Shown here: positions 40,468 to 57,312 of the stretch, piece after piece
Position numbering within the stretch: the stretch's first letter is position 1
Layout of the letters: each line of letters begins with the position of its first letter
Made by a program: the position numbers and the translations under genes
Assembly (NCBI RefSeq): GCF_009914755.1
Contig: NC_060925.1
From: the human T2T-CHM13v2.0 reference genome, Homo sapiens
Reading direction: 5' to 3' (one strand)
Length of the DNA: 64,000 nucleotides
Notes under the pieces: model-generated
Database searches by the model: none
Seen by the model: only the letters and a program-made list of their open reading frames with translations
Told to the model about the DNA's origin: nothing

Positions 40468-40819
40468 TGTTACCAGTAGGGGCTGTCCAGGTTCTTGGTG
40501 TCTTCAACAAATAATTGGACAAAACATACAAACAAAGCAAGGAATGAATGAATGAATTTATTGAAAAAGTACACTCCACAGTGTGGAAGCGGACCTGGGC
40601 ATAGGAGCTCAAGTGCCCCGTTACAGGATTTGTAGGGGTTTAAATACACTCTACCAGTTTCCATTAGTTACTTGGTGTACGCCCTATGTAAATGAGAGGT
40701 TTAAGTAAAGATACAAAGGTTTACTAGGTGTACGCCTTATGAAGAGGATATTTCCTGTCATATCTGAAGTGTGAATTGGCCTTATGTTCCCTGCCTCCAG
40801 ACACTATTTTCCTGCCTCA
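40468..40819 (-). repeat. MER61 5' LTR
   Basis: Homologous to 34960-35307; followed on the minus strand by the PBS. Confidence 0.9.
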
Positions 40820-41055
40820 AGTATATGACTCATTAATTATTTCATATTGTTTCATTTGTTAAAATAGGCATTTGTTATTTGTTTCTCCAGTAACACATTT
40901 CCTCTTCAGGCAGCAGACCCTATTGGTTGGGAGTAGGAGGTAGGAAAGATATCACTCTTTCTCCACTTTCAATCCATAGTTTTGTGAGGTTACTCTACAG
41001 GAAACTTCCAGGGGAGGAGAATGCTCCAGCCTGGGAGATAAGAGTTAAACTCCAT

Positions 41056-41177
41056 AAAAAAGAAAGAAAGAAAGAAAAGAAAGAAAGACAGAAAGAGAGA
41101 AAGAAAGAAAGAAAGAAAGAAAGGGAGAAAGAGAGAAAGAAAGAAGGAAAGAAAGAAAGAAAAGAAAGAAAGAAAGA

Positions 41178-41230
<53 letters not shown>

Positions 41231-41244
41231 AAAGAAAAGAAGAG
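41056..41244. repeat. Imperfect (GAAA)n polypurine microsatellite, ~190 bp
   Basis: Directly visible; a single C interruption. Confidence 0.96.
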
Positions 41245-41289
41245 TGGAAAAATGTCCATCACTTGTCAACCACAAGTAAAGCTATAACT

Positions 41290-41525
41290 ATATAGCCCCT
41301 GCAGCTGCTGGCAGACAAAATGGAACCCTTAGAAGGCAGAGGAGGCAGAGCCAAAAGAAAGAAAGGATCCAGTCTGAGGGTGTCATTTCAAGCCTTATGT
41401 CCAACTGCGCTGAAACCCCATCTTCCAAAGACCATTCAAACTATTTAACCCAATACATTCTCCTCCTCAGATGCATTTACATCTGCTTAAATGTTTTATA
41501 TAACTTGCAATGTAGAGTTCTCAAA
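41290..41525 (+). mobile_element. Old MLT1-type MaLR LTR fragment
   Basis: gaaggcagag..cagagcc..gaaagaa..cagtc..gatgtcatttgagcc-like pattern, caatacattc, acttgcaa end. Confidence 0.45.
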
Positions 41526-42711
41526 AATGGTTAGTATTTTCAATTAATGTTTAACTCACTTTTCAGTCACCATTACTGGTGAGAAAAATCCTTAAGGATT
41601 TTTCTTCCCCATCTTTCTTTCTGTCTCTCCTCTTCGTTCCTTTCTTTCTTTTTATTTCTCTCACTCTTTTTTCTTTCTCCTTCTTTGATACATTCTTCCA
41701 TTCATTTGTTTGCTACTTCATCCTATTTTCCATGTAATATTATGTCATTGTTTTAAGTACTGTGGAGGTTACAAAGACTTCTGAGACATCAATAATGGCC
41801 AGCTTGTGATCTAGGGGATAAACATGTACATTATCTCACGCTACAAATACAAAAGGTCTAGGAGGAAAAAACACACACACTCCAGGTAGAAGGAGTAAAG
41901 AAAACCAGACATAAAGTGGCACTGATATGGATTTTAAGAATTACATATGCTTTCAATGTAAAAAATTGTGAGGAAAGGCATTTCAAGCAGAGAAAGCCAC
42001 ATGAAAAAAGTCATGTAGCAGGAAAAATGGAATCTGTACAAGGAAAACAAATATTTTACTTTGGCTGAAAATTTATGTCACGTTAAGAAGTCTGGATTTT
42101 ATATAGTACATCCAGAACACAGCACAAGGTTTATTTTTCCCCCCCTCTGGCAGCTTTCCATGAGTCAAGCTTTAAGTGAAAAAAACAACAACAAAAACAA
42201 AACAACAACAACAAAACAAACCTGTCTACCACTTAAAATTCTTTGGCCCTGGGAAAATTTTTGCTATGTGATTACATTATCATTCATTTGTCTCACAAAC
42301 AATAAATTTTGAAAGTAAGAACCAGGGATGTTGAGCTTTTGCAATACTGGTCACTTGACATCTCTGCCAGATGAATTTGCTTTAAACATTCAGAAACCTC
42401 TTAATTTGTAAATCATTTAAGGTTAACCCCATAGGAAGCAAATTAGTATGTGATTTTAAAAAAGCAGTTAATTTGAATAGTATTATGAAAATCTTATTTT
42501 TCCTTTTCAAACACATAGAAAATGTAACACATTCAGTATCCAGGACCCCGCTTCACTAGGGAAAGAGATAATAATGAAGGCATGTGCAAAGTGGGGCAGG
42601 GAGCCTTGTGGTTAGAAGTTTTTATTGCCTAAGAATCACAGAAGCATTGACTGTCTGTGTGACATAGAACCTTAAATGTCATTTGATACTTATGTTTGAA
42701 TAGATTCAATA

Positions 42712-42904
42712 ACTCTGCTTTCCAACATAATTGACACTAGTTACGTAGTTAAAATTAAATTTATATTAATTAAAATACAAATGTAGCTCCTTAACCACAT
42801 TACCTACATTTCAAAAGCTCAATAACTATGTTACTAGTGACTCAGTATTAGAAGCATCGATGTTTACATTATAGTAGAAAGTTTTATTTAATAGTGTTGT
42901 TCTA
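42712..42904. mobile_element. MER3-like hAT MITE
   Basis: ctgctttccaa...cacattacctacatttcaaaagctcaata...gtagaaagttttatt..cagtg pattern. Confidence 0.6.
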
Positions 42905-44451
42905 TAACATTTCAACAAATGCTTTGAATCAATTCTTCTGTAACATAGAATTCACCATCCACTGAGGGAGTTGCCTCCTTTTAGGGAGTGATTCTGTCTC
43001 TTTTACTGGAAAGAATACCTGTCTTATTGATGCTTTTTACACTCTAGTTCTCATTTGATTCATCAGGGACATATAAACTAAAACTATCTTTCATTTGTTA
43101 GTACTTTATAAGACCAAATTTTAAATCCTTTTACAAGATTCTTAGGTGTTTAACATCTTCTCTTTGCAACAATTCAAGTTTCTTTAGGCACCAAATGCAA
43201 AAGAGGAAGGATAAATAAGAAATTCCTGCAAATTTCAGAATAAAAATCTAGTAGAAACCTAGTAATAATAATTATTATTTTATCACAATAAATTGCATAT
43301 AGTTGGCAATAAATCTTTTTAGACATGAGCCTTTTTAAAAATGGTAAGTTATAACTATAAAAGTAATAGGCTATAATAAATTGAAATATGTTTATGGTTG
43401 TTTGTTAAATATAAAACATTGATATGCTGGCACAGATTTTGTTATAAATGCCTAGCATAATGACCACTATATAACAGACAAAACAAATGTTGAATGAATT
43501 GAAATAATACTGTAATAAAGTAATATAAATGGTTGAATGATTATCATTTTGTCTGCATTTAGCATGCCTGACAATCAAGACTTTAGAGTTTCTGCTTCTG
43601 TGTGGCAACTAGGGGATCAGGTCAGACTCAGAAATGGTGGAACACAGAAATTCTGTGTTCTTCAGCTGGCCGTTGGCTGCCACCACTCTTCAGAGCCACC
43701 TGCCGTGGATTATGCTGAGTGTCACTGACCAGGCTTTTCAACAACATTGTGAGGGAGTATTAATACCTGTATCATTAATGAAAATACTGTGGCAAAGAGA
43801 ACAAGTAATTTGGGCTAGGTCACATAGCACGTTCTGGGAAATTCTAGATTGTTTAATAACCATGGACTCTAAGTACAGTGGTAACAGTAAAGAAATCCCT
43901 CACTTCATGAATCTATTAGTGCCGGATTATTGCAAGAAGTTGGCATCTCTGTTCCCAAAGGCTAAGTGGCAAAGTCACCAAATGAAACTTGCACAATGGC
44001 AAAAAAATTAGGCATTAACTTAAGAAAAACTTATGCCATCTTGATAGCATAATTCTGATAAGATGTGAGCTTTTCTTCCAGTTTGATGTCAACTTTAAGC
44101 TTGTTTTAGAAAATACGTTTTCTTTGCTTAAATGATAATGTGCAACTTTACAATTGTTGGAATTCTACAATTAATATGAGATGATTAGGAGACCCCATAA
44201 TACTAGTGACTTAGGAATAACTTCTATTGGCATTAGGAAGCTGAAGTCCTATTTTTAGTTAAAATAAAATTATGGGGGAGGAAATTCTATTTACTACTCT
44301 GTATCTTAAAAGATGGAGGCTGTAATGATTCTTCCAAAAAATGGTGAAAGAAAATCTTGACTATTTATTTCATTGTAAAGAAAGGTCCGATACTTCCACC
44401 TCTTTTCTGGATGTACAAAATATAAAACCAAAGGAAAAAAAAAGTTGAGCA

Positions 44452-44575
44452 CCAGAATGCATGCTCCATGAAGGCAGGGTTTCTTTGTCTTATTTGTTCT
44501 TCAATATATCCCACAATCTTAGAAGAGCACCTGACACTTAGGTAATCAGTGAATATTAACATTTATTAAGTGAAC
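44452..44575 (+). mobile_element. LINE-2 3' end
   Basis: gaatgcatgctccatgaaggcaggg...cacctgacacttagg..aatatt. Confidence 0.7.
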
Positions 44576-45713
44576 AAAAACCGACCTTAGAAATCAAATT
44601 CAAATTTATATTCCAATTACAGTTTGAGGTGTTCAATTAGTCCAAACCATGAAGGAGTTTTCGAAGATAGTGATTTCACCCATTAGATTCAAAAAGAGTC
44701 AATGTTGTTAGTTAAGTATATCATCCTTGTAAACTGCTATTTACTCATGATTCTTGGGCATACTTGAATGACACTTTTATTTGCCCAAAAATGAATCTTA
44801 AAAAATTCCTGTTTGTTTCACAATGAGTAATTTTTTCCTTGGGTTAATTTTTAGATTTTTAAAAATTAAAATAAAATACTATAGGGCCTTTCACAACAAA
44901 TAAAAACTAGTTAGAAACTATTGTGCAGCCCAGTTAAAAAACAAAGCAATAATAAATTTTATGCTATTATATTCAGTCAATTTTTATTCAATTATTTGAT
45001 CTTGACTTATTTATCTAGGTTTTTTTTTCAGAAAACAAATGACTGAAGGCAATATATATAATTTACAGCTAAATTTTCAATAAAATATATGTAATATATA
45101 ATTTAGCTAATTAAGAGAATATTTATACTCATTATACTTTTTAAGTTTTTCTGCAACCATGCAGAACATAGAGCTTTATTTTTGTTGTTGTTATTTAATA
45201 TTTGAACCACCTCTGATGAAATGCAGAATTGCTTTTGACATGTTGAGTACGGAAATATGGGGTTTCCAGAGTGCATTCAGATTTGGAAGTAAATCTACTA
45301 ATTTTACTACAGTTGGCATAATACAACAATGATTTCTTGCCTATGACACCAAAAGCACAGATAACAAAAAAAAAAATATACAGGTGAAAAGATATCAAAC
45401 TAAAAAGTTTCTGTATGTGAAATAAAACAATCAATGAAATAAAAAGGCAACCTATAAATGGAAGAAAATATTTGCAAATCATAAATCTGATAAGGGGTTA
45501 ATTTTCAAAATATGCAAGGAACTACTACAATTCATTAGAAAAAAATTAAAAATGAGCAAATAACTTGTACAGAAATTACTTTAATTGTATTAAAAGATTT
45601 TTTAACATCATTAATTAACAGGGAAATGCAAATCAAAACTATAATGAGGTATCACCTTTTACCTGCTAAAATGACTGTTATCAGAAAGTCAAAAGATAGC
45701 AAATATTGTTCAG

Positions 45714-46241
45714 TGTATTAAGGTTCTCCAGAAAGACAGAAGCAATAGGATATATTAAATATAGGTATCTGATAGGAGATTTATTAGGGGAATTGGCTCA
45801 CATGATTAGGGAGGCTGAGAAGTTCCGTGACAGGCTGTCTGTGAGTTGGAGACTCTGTGGCACTGATAGCATGCCTCAGTCCAAATCCAAAAGCCTCAGA
45901 ATCAGACAAGACAAGGTATAATTCTCAATCTAGGGGGATGCTCATGTGAGTCCTGGAATCCCAAGGCCAGAGAGACTGGAGTTTTAATGTCCAAGAGGAG
46001 AAGGAGGAGAGTGCTGAAGGAAAGAGAGAGAGACAAAATCCTTTTCTCCTTTTCTGTTCTACCCAGGACCCAATCAATTTGGATGGTGCCTGTTCACATT
46101 GAGGGTGGGTCTTCCCCACTCAGTTTACTGACTCACATGCCAATGTCCTATGAAAACACTCACAGACACACCTGCATGTAATGCTTTATCTCTAGCTATT
46201 TCTTTATCCAGTCAAGTTGACACCTAAAATTAACCATCACA
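45714..46241 (-). mobile_element. MLT2 (ERVL) solo LTR
   Basis: Ends ccagtcaagttgacacctaaaattaaccatcaca; gaattggctcacatgatta motif. Confidence 0.88.
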
Positions 46242-46329
46242 GAGAGAACGTGGAGAATGGTGCAGTCACTAAGGAAAATAGCATAGAGATTCCTCAAAAT
46301 ATTAAGAATAGAATTATCGTATGATCTAG

Positions 46330-48588
46330 TGTATCAGTCCATACCTGAGACTGGGCAATTTACAAAAGAAAGAAATTTAACCGGACTTAGAGTTTCACAT
46401 GGCTAGGAAGGCCTCACAATCATGGCAGAAGGCAAGGAAGAGCAGCCACATCTTACTTGGATGGCGACAGGCAAAATGAAAGCCTGTGCAGGGAAACTTT
46501 CCCTTATAATCCCATCAGATCTTGTGAGATTTATTCACTATCATTAGAACGGCATGGGAAAGACCTGCCCCTATGATTCAGTTACCTCCCACCGGGTCCC
46601 TTCCACAACATGTGGGAATTCAAGATGAGAATTAGGTGGGGAAACAGCCAAACCATACCATTCCACCCCAGGCCCCTCCAAATCTCATGTCCTCACATTT
46701 TAAAACCAGTCATGCCTTCCCAACAGTCTCCCAAAGTCTTAACTCATTTTAGCATTAACTCAAAAGTCCAACTCCAAAGTTTCATCTGAGATAAGGCAAG
46801 TCCCTTCTGTCTATGAGCCTGTAAAATCAAAAGCAAGTTAGTAACTTCCTAGATACAATGGGGTTACAGGCATTGGGTAAATACAGCCATTCCAAATGGA
46901 ATAACTTGGCCAAAACAAAGGGACTACAGGCCCCATGCAAGTCCGAGATCCAGCGGGGCAGTCAAATCTTAAAGCTCCAAAATGATCTCCGTTTTCTCCA
47001 TGTCTCACATCCGGGTCACACTGATGCGAGAGGTGGAGTCCCAAGGTCTCAGGCAGCTCCGCCCCTGTGGCTTTGTTGGGTACAGTCTCCCTCTTGGCTG
47101 CTTTCACAGACTGACATTGAGTGTCTGCGGCTTTTCCAGGTACATGGAGCAAGCTGTCAGCAGATCTACCATTCTGGGGTCTGGAGGATGGTGTCGCTCT
47201 TCTCATAGCTCCACTAGGTGGTGTCCCAGTAAAGACAGTGTGTGTGGGCTCCAACACCATATTTCCATTCTGCACTTACCTAGCAGAGGTTCTCCATGAG
47301 GACCCCGCCCCTATAGCAAACTTCTGCCTAGGCATCCAGGCATTTCCGTACATCTTTTGAAATCTAGGCAGAGGTTCCCAAACCCCATTTGACTTCTGTC
47401 CACTCGGCGGCTCAACACCATGTGAAAGCTGCCAAGGTTTGAGGCTTGCACCCTCTGAAGCCATGGCCCAAACTCTACCTTAGCCCCATTCAGCCATGGC
47501 CAGAGCAGCTGGGACGCAGGGCACCAAGTCCGTAGACTGCACACAGCACAGGGACTCTGGGCCCAGTCCGTGAAACCACTTTTTCCTCCTAGGCCTCTGG
47601 GCCTGTAATGGAAGTGGCAGCTGCAAATGTCTCTGACATGCTCTGGAGACATTTTCCCCATTGTCTTGGGGATTAACATTCAGCTCCTCGTTATTTATGC
47701 AAATTTATGCAGCTGGCTTGAACTTCTTCTCAGAAAATGGGATTTTCTTTTCTATTGCATTGTCAGGCTGCAAATTTTCCAAACTTTTATGCTCTGTTTC
47801 CCTTTTGAAACTGAATGCCCTTAACAGCACCCAAGTCACCTCTTGAATGTTTTGCTGCTTAGAAATTTCTTCCACCAGATATCCTAAATCATTTCTGTCA
47901 AGTCCAAAGTTCCACAAACCTCTAGAGTAGGGGCAAAATGCTGCCAGTCCCTTTGCTAAAACATAACAAGAGTCACTTTTGCTCCAGTTCCCAACAAGTT
48001 CCTCATCTCCATCTGAGACCAACTCAGCCTGGACTTTATTGTACATACCATTATCAGCATTTTGTTCAAAGCCAGTAAAAAAGTCTTTAGGGAGTTCCAT
48101 ACTTTCCCACATTTTCCTGTCTTCTTCTGAGCCCTCCAAACTGTTCCAACCTCTGCCTGTTACCCAGTTCCAAAGACACTTTCACATTTTTAGTTATCTT
48201 TTCAATAGCACCCCACTCTACTGGTACCAATTTACTGTATTAGTCTGGTTTCATGCTGCTGATAGACATACATGAGACTGGGCAATTTACAAAAGAAAGA
48301 TGTTTAACTGGACTTACAGTTTCACATGGCTAGGGAGGCCTCACAATCATGGCGGAAGGCAAGGGGGAGCAAGTCACATTTTACTTGGATGGCAACAGGC
48401 AAAGAAAGAGTTTGTGCAGGGAAACTCCCCCTTATAATCCCATCAGACCTTGTGAGACTTATTCATTATCATGAGAATGGCATGGGAAAATCCTGCCCCC
48501 TTGATTCAATTACCTCCCACTGGGTGCCTCCCAAAACACAAGAGAATTCAAGATGAGATTTGAGTGGGGACACAGCCAAACCATATCA
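46330..48588 (-). mobile_element. THE1A-like MaLR provirus: 3' LTR 46330-46660, internal 46661-48235, 5' LTR 48236-48588
   Basis: Two homologous LTRs; ~1.6 kb THE1-int with broken ORF pieces (MEGSEEDRKMWES...); TSD ATCTAG at 46324-46329 and 48589-48594. Confidence 0.95.
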
Positions 48589-51331
48589 ATCTAGCAATTC
48601 CAAATAATTAAAATCTCTATCATGAAGAGATATCTGCATCCCACGTTGATTGCAGTGATATTCACAATAGCTAAGACATGAAAACAACACAAGTTTCTAT
48701 GGATGGATGAATAGATAAAGAAAACATGGTCTATATGTACAATGGAGTATTAGCCTTTAAAAGAAGGAAATACTATCATTTGCAACAACATAAATAAACA
48801 TGTAACCATGTAGGACATTATGCAAAATGAAATAAGCCAGTCACAGAAAGACAAATACTGCATGATTCCACTTATATGAATTATCTATAACAGTTAAATT
48901 CATAGAGTCAAATAATTCATTAGTGGTTTCCAGGTGATAGGGGTTGGGGAAATTGGGAGTTGTTAAATGGGTATCAAGTTTTAGTTATGTGAGATGAATA
49001 AGTTCTCAAGATCTGCTGTACACCATGTGCCTATAGTTAACAATATGGTATTGTGCACTTTAAAATTCCATAAGAGGGTACATCTTATGTTATGTGTTCA
49101 TATTACATGCAAAGAAGCAAAACAAACAAAGAAACAGAAAACAAAAGGACACAATGACATTTGGAATGTATTGGATATGTCAGTTACCTTAATTGTGGAG
49201 ATGGTATCACAGTTGCATGCATATGTCCAAACTCATCAAATTGTACACATTAAATATATGTAGTTCTTTATATTTCAATTGTACCTCGATAAAAATTGTT
49301 TAAAAATAAAAGCATGATATTGCTTATGTAGACAAAGCAAACATTAAACTATTGTTTCTCAAAAAATGGTCCTCATGAATGAAAGCATGTTGTAATGTCA
49401 TAAATAAATTCCATGAATAAATTTTTAATACAAAATACACACTATTCTTTATTTCAGAAAATGTTTGAAGTTATAACTGCACATTTTAATAAACACTGAG
49501 CTCTTCCTTTGTGCAAATACTTTTCTATAGGTTTTTATATTATAAATTTTAGAATTTTATTGTAACTCTTTAAAAGATTGTGTAGTGTTTTTAGATTTGT
49601 AAATTTTATCTTAATTTTATATGCTACACAGAACAATGTTTCTTATGACAAGTTTATAATACAAATGCCTAGCTAGCAGAATTCCATATATTCAATAAAT
49701 ACTCTGAATTGTCATGAATTAAATTCAGAAGATATAATTTTCTGTTGACACATTTTGTCATGCAAGAAAGCATTATATGGATATTTGTAGTAAAAGTATA
49801 TATGTATGTATATATGTGTTTTTATGTTGCAGCTAAATATATATATGTTGTAATTTAAAAATACTTTTTGATTAATAATCCAGTATAACTTAATAAGCAG
49901 GTTGGTAGTCAAATTAATTCTATGAACATTCATTCTCAACTGATATTGTTAATCACTCTGACATCTAAATAAAAGTAAATTTCCAAGGCTACTTCTATAA
50001 AACAATACAGTTTAGTGATTCTGATTCCAATATGTTACCAGCTTTGACTTTATGGAATATGAACTGCTTATAAAGATAAAATGGTGGAAAATGCATTCTA
50101 TTTATTGGAACTAATTATCTTCTCCGTACTACTTTTTAATGATTACTTCTGCTTTATTTGGAATGAATAATTGAATCAATTTTTGGGGGGAGAATAAAGA
50201 ACTTTATTAAAAAGTTTTGAAAAATAGGAATTAGAACCAATCTCTGTTGTAAAAACATCCCTTGTATTAAAATAACTATTGTCACTTCTAGTTTTTGCAG
50301 GGTTAAAGCAATAAATGTAGACTACATTGACTCTGTATGCCATACAGTATGAAAAAACGATGACTTTTTCTTGTCAGTGATAGGGAGCTATTGAAGGTGA
50401 GGGAGTGACATATTTGTATTTGTAATTTAGGTGATGAACTGGTGATACTGGTGAGCATAGCTGGAGGGGAGGAGGCAATACAGGTTACTATTCAATAAAG
50501 GTGAAAAATGATGGAGCCATAAACAAAAAGTTTTATAAACCTGGAATAGGCAGGGAGTAGAAAACAAGATATTTCATTTACATTATGATGGACTACAGAT
50601 ACCATTTATGAGGTTGTTTGCTATAGATGTAAGAGATAGAGGAAAGCATATTTCAATCTTTACCAGACAGTTAATGAGTCCAGCAAAGCTTTCCTAATAG
50701 TCTCATATTATATCTTACATCATTTTACTCACTGCCCTTACATTTCCTGAACCTTAGTCCCTGTGTAAGGCAATAAGCTACACTTCAGGTAATCTTTGTG
50801 CCTGAGAAAAAGAAATGATGGTGTATCATTTGAAAAGAATGTCATAATTTTCTATACTACCGTTGAAAGAACATTTTCACACTGTCTTATGTCAGTTTCC
50901 TAGGTTTATTAAGATATTGAACTTCTCAGGATAAACAACTGTTGGGTAATGGATGAAGTAGAATTGGATAGAAGGAGATGAATTGAAATTAGAAGCAACA
51001 AAGTCCTTGGCTCTGAGGCTGTCATGGCCCTTCAGTGTATGCCATATTTGAGGCAAAGCAGTCAAAATTTTTACCTTTATTTACTAGCCTTTGGATGTTT
51101 TACCTTTATTTACTAGTCTTTCAGGGAAAAATAAGTCTTGGACAGGATACTTTGGCCCAGTTCCTGGAGAGGGACGCAGCTGAGAGTGCTTCGACCACCA
51201 GTACATCCCCACTCCACCAGGCTTGATGCCTTGATATAAGTGTTTCAGTCCTGTAAGCAAAATCTGGACAAAATATCATTGCATCTACTACAAAATGAAA
51301 GACAGAAAATAACTTAAGAATTTTCAAATTA

Positions 51332-51554
51332 TGGGCTGAGCATCCCAAATCTGAAAACCCAAAATCCCAAATCTCCAAAATCTGAAACTTTTTGAGAACC
51401 AACATATCATTCAAAGAAAATGTTCATAGGAGCATTTCTGATTTTTGGATCTGGGATATTCCACCAGTATAAAGCAAATATTTCAAAATCCAAGGAAATT
51501 TGAAATCCAAAACACTTGTGTTCCTAAGCATTTTGGATAAAAGATACTCAATTT
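51332..51554. mobile_element. Tigger4a/MER46A MITE
   Basis: gctgagcatccc..tctgaaaa...ggataa.agatactcaa terminal inverted repeats, TA flanks. Confidence 0.85.
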
Positions 51555-51564
51555 ATGCTGCCAA

Positions 51565-51565
51565 A

Positions 51566-51597
<32 letters not shown>

Positions 51598-51603
51598 TAC
51601 ACA
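51565..51603. repeat. (CA)n microsatellite
   Basis: Directly visible. Confidence 0.92.
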
Positions 51604-52405
51604 GAACAAAATCAACAATGACAAAAAACCAAACCAGAAAGACAGTTCACTTTATGGGAATTGGTTTCTCTTTGATTTATGTTTATATCACATTTTTGAA
51701 AGAGGAAAATAAAGATAAAGGTCATGATAGCTGCATTAGTATGGATTGATCTGGCTCTGTGAACTGAATCCCCTAAATGAGAATTTCTAGAGTAGTTAAA
51801 ATAGAAAGAACTTTTTAACAGGGACTTTGATTGATCACCATAACCTATACAAGCTTTTGCCTTAGTGATATGGTGAAGATGAAATGCTACAGCTTGTTTG
51901 AAATGAAGAATGGTATTTAGAAAGAACATTTTCTCCTGTTCATCGGACAATGTAGAGACTTAAGAGTCACGGCAACTTTCTGTTCTTTGTGCCTAGAATT
52001 TATTTCTGCTTACTATTATAAGAGCTAAAGTTCTCTGCTGAGGCAATTCTCAACTAAATCTCTTTTTCTTCCTGTAGTTATTGGGTTCAAAATCAAGTGA
52101 AATTCTTCACCTATTATATTTTATGAGAAAGGAAATTTAATTAATAATTTTCTTTTTCTCTTTTTTTTCTTTTTTTCTTTTTTATTTTTATTTTTTTATT
52201 ATTATACTTTAAGTTTTAGGGTACATGTGCACATTGTGCAGGTTAGTTACATATGTATACATGTGCCATGCTGGTGCGCTGCACCCACTAACTCGTCATC
52301 TAGCATTAGGTATATCTCCCAATGCTATCCCTCCCCCCGCCCCCGACCCCACAACAGTCCCCAGAGTGTGATGTTCCCCTTCCTGTGTCCATGTGATCTC
52401 ATTGT

Positions 52406-56247
<3,842 letters not shown>

Positions 56248-56295
56248 TTATTTTGCTCGTTAGTTGATGCAGTTACTTCCTAGTCTCGATGGTCT

Positions 56296-57312
56296 TTACA
56301 TTTTGGCATGATTTTGCAGTGGCTGGTACCGGTTGTTCCTTTCCATGTTTAGTGCTTCCTTCAGGAGCTCTTTTAGGACAGGCCTGGTGGTGACAAAATC
56401 TCTCAGCATTTGCTTGTCTGTAAAGTATTTTATTTCTCCTTCACTTATGAAGCTTAATTTGGCTGGATATGAAATTCTGGGTTGAAAATTCTTTTCTTTA
56501 AGAATGTTGAATATTGGCCCCCACTCTCTTCTGGCTTGTAGGGTTTCTGCCAAGAGATCCGCTGTTAGTCTGATGGGCTTCCCTTTGAGGGTAACCCGAC
56601 CTTTCTCTCTGGCTGCCCTTAACATTTTTTCCTTCATTTCAACTTTGGTGAATCTGACAATTATGTGTCTTGGAGTTGCTCTTCTCGAGGAGTATCTTTG
56701 CGGCATTCTCTGTATTTCCTGAATCTGAACGTTGGCCTGCCTTGCTAGATTGGGGAAGTTCTCCTGGATAATATCCTGCAGAGTGTTTTCCAACTTGGTT
56801 CCATTCTCCCCATCACTTTCAGGTACACCAATCAGACGTAGATTTGGTCTTTTCACATAGTCCCATATTTCTTGGAGGCTTTGCTCATTTCTTTTTATTC
56901 TTTTTTCTCTAAACTTCCCTTCTTGCTTCATTTCATTCATTTCATCTTCCATCACTGATACCCTTTCTTCCAGTTGATCGCATCAGCTCCTGAGGCTTCT
57001 GCATTCTTCACGTAGTTCTTGAGCCTTGGTTTTCAGCTCCATCAGCTCCTTTAAGCACTTCTCTGTATTGTTTATTCTAGTTATACATTCTTCTAAATTT
57101 TTTTCAAAGTTTTCAACTTCTTTGCCTTTGGTTTGAATGTCTTCCCATAGCTCAGAGTAATTTGATCGTCTGAAGCCTTTTTCTCTCAGCTCATCAAAGT
57201 CATTCTCCATCCAGCTTTGTTCCGTTGCTGGTGAGGAACTGTGTTCCTTTGGAGGAGGAGAGGCGCTCTGCTTTTTAGAGTTTCCAGTTTTTCTGTTCTG
57301 TTTTTTCCCCAT
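56296..57312 (-). pseudogene. L1 ORF1 (p40 RNA-binding protein) with one premature stop
   Basis: MGKKQNRKTG...; CGA>TGA at 56985-56983; downstream part remains in frame to NHAKM*. Confidence 0.95.

Larger units (their letters stand above)
45325..49310 (+). mobile_element. Old L1 (L1MB1/MB2-like) 3' part, split by MLT2 and THE1
   Basis: ORF2 remnants at 45325-45713, 46242-46329 and from 48589; L1MB 3'UTR (atgtccaaactcatcaaattgtacacattaaa) ending ~49310. Confidence 0.8.

Noticed and set aside
40927-41295. Lys/Glu/Arg-rich and Phe/Leu/Ser-rich ORFs
   Set aside because: Translations of the (GAAA)n microsatellite
46838-48556. Dense ORF cluster up to 145 aa
   Set aside because: Fragments of the broken THE1 internal ORF and its antisense frames
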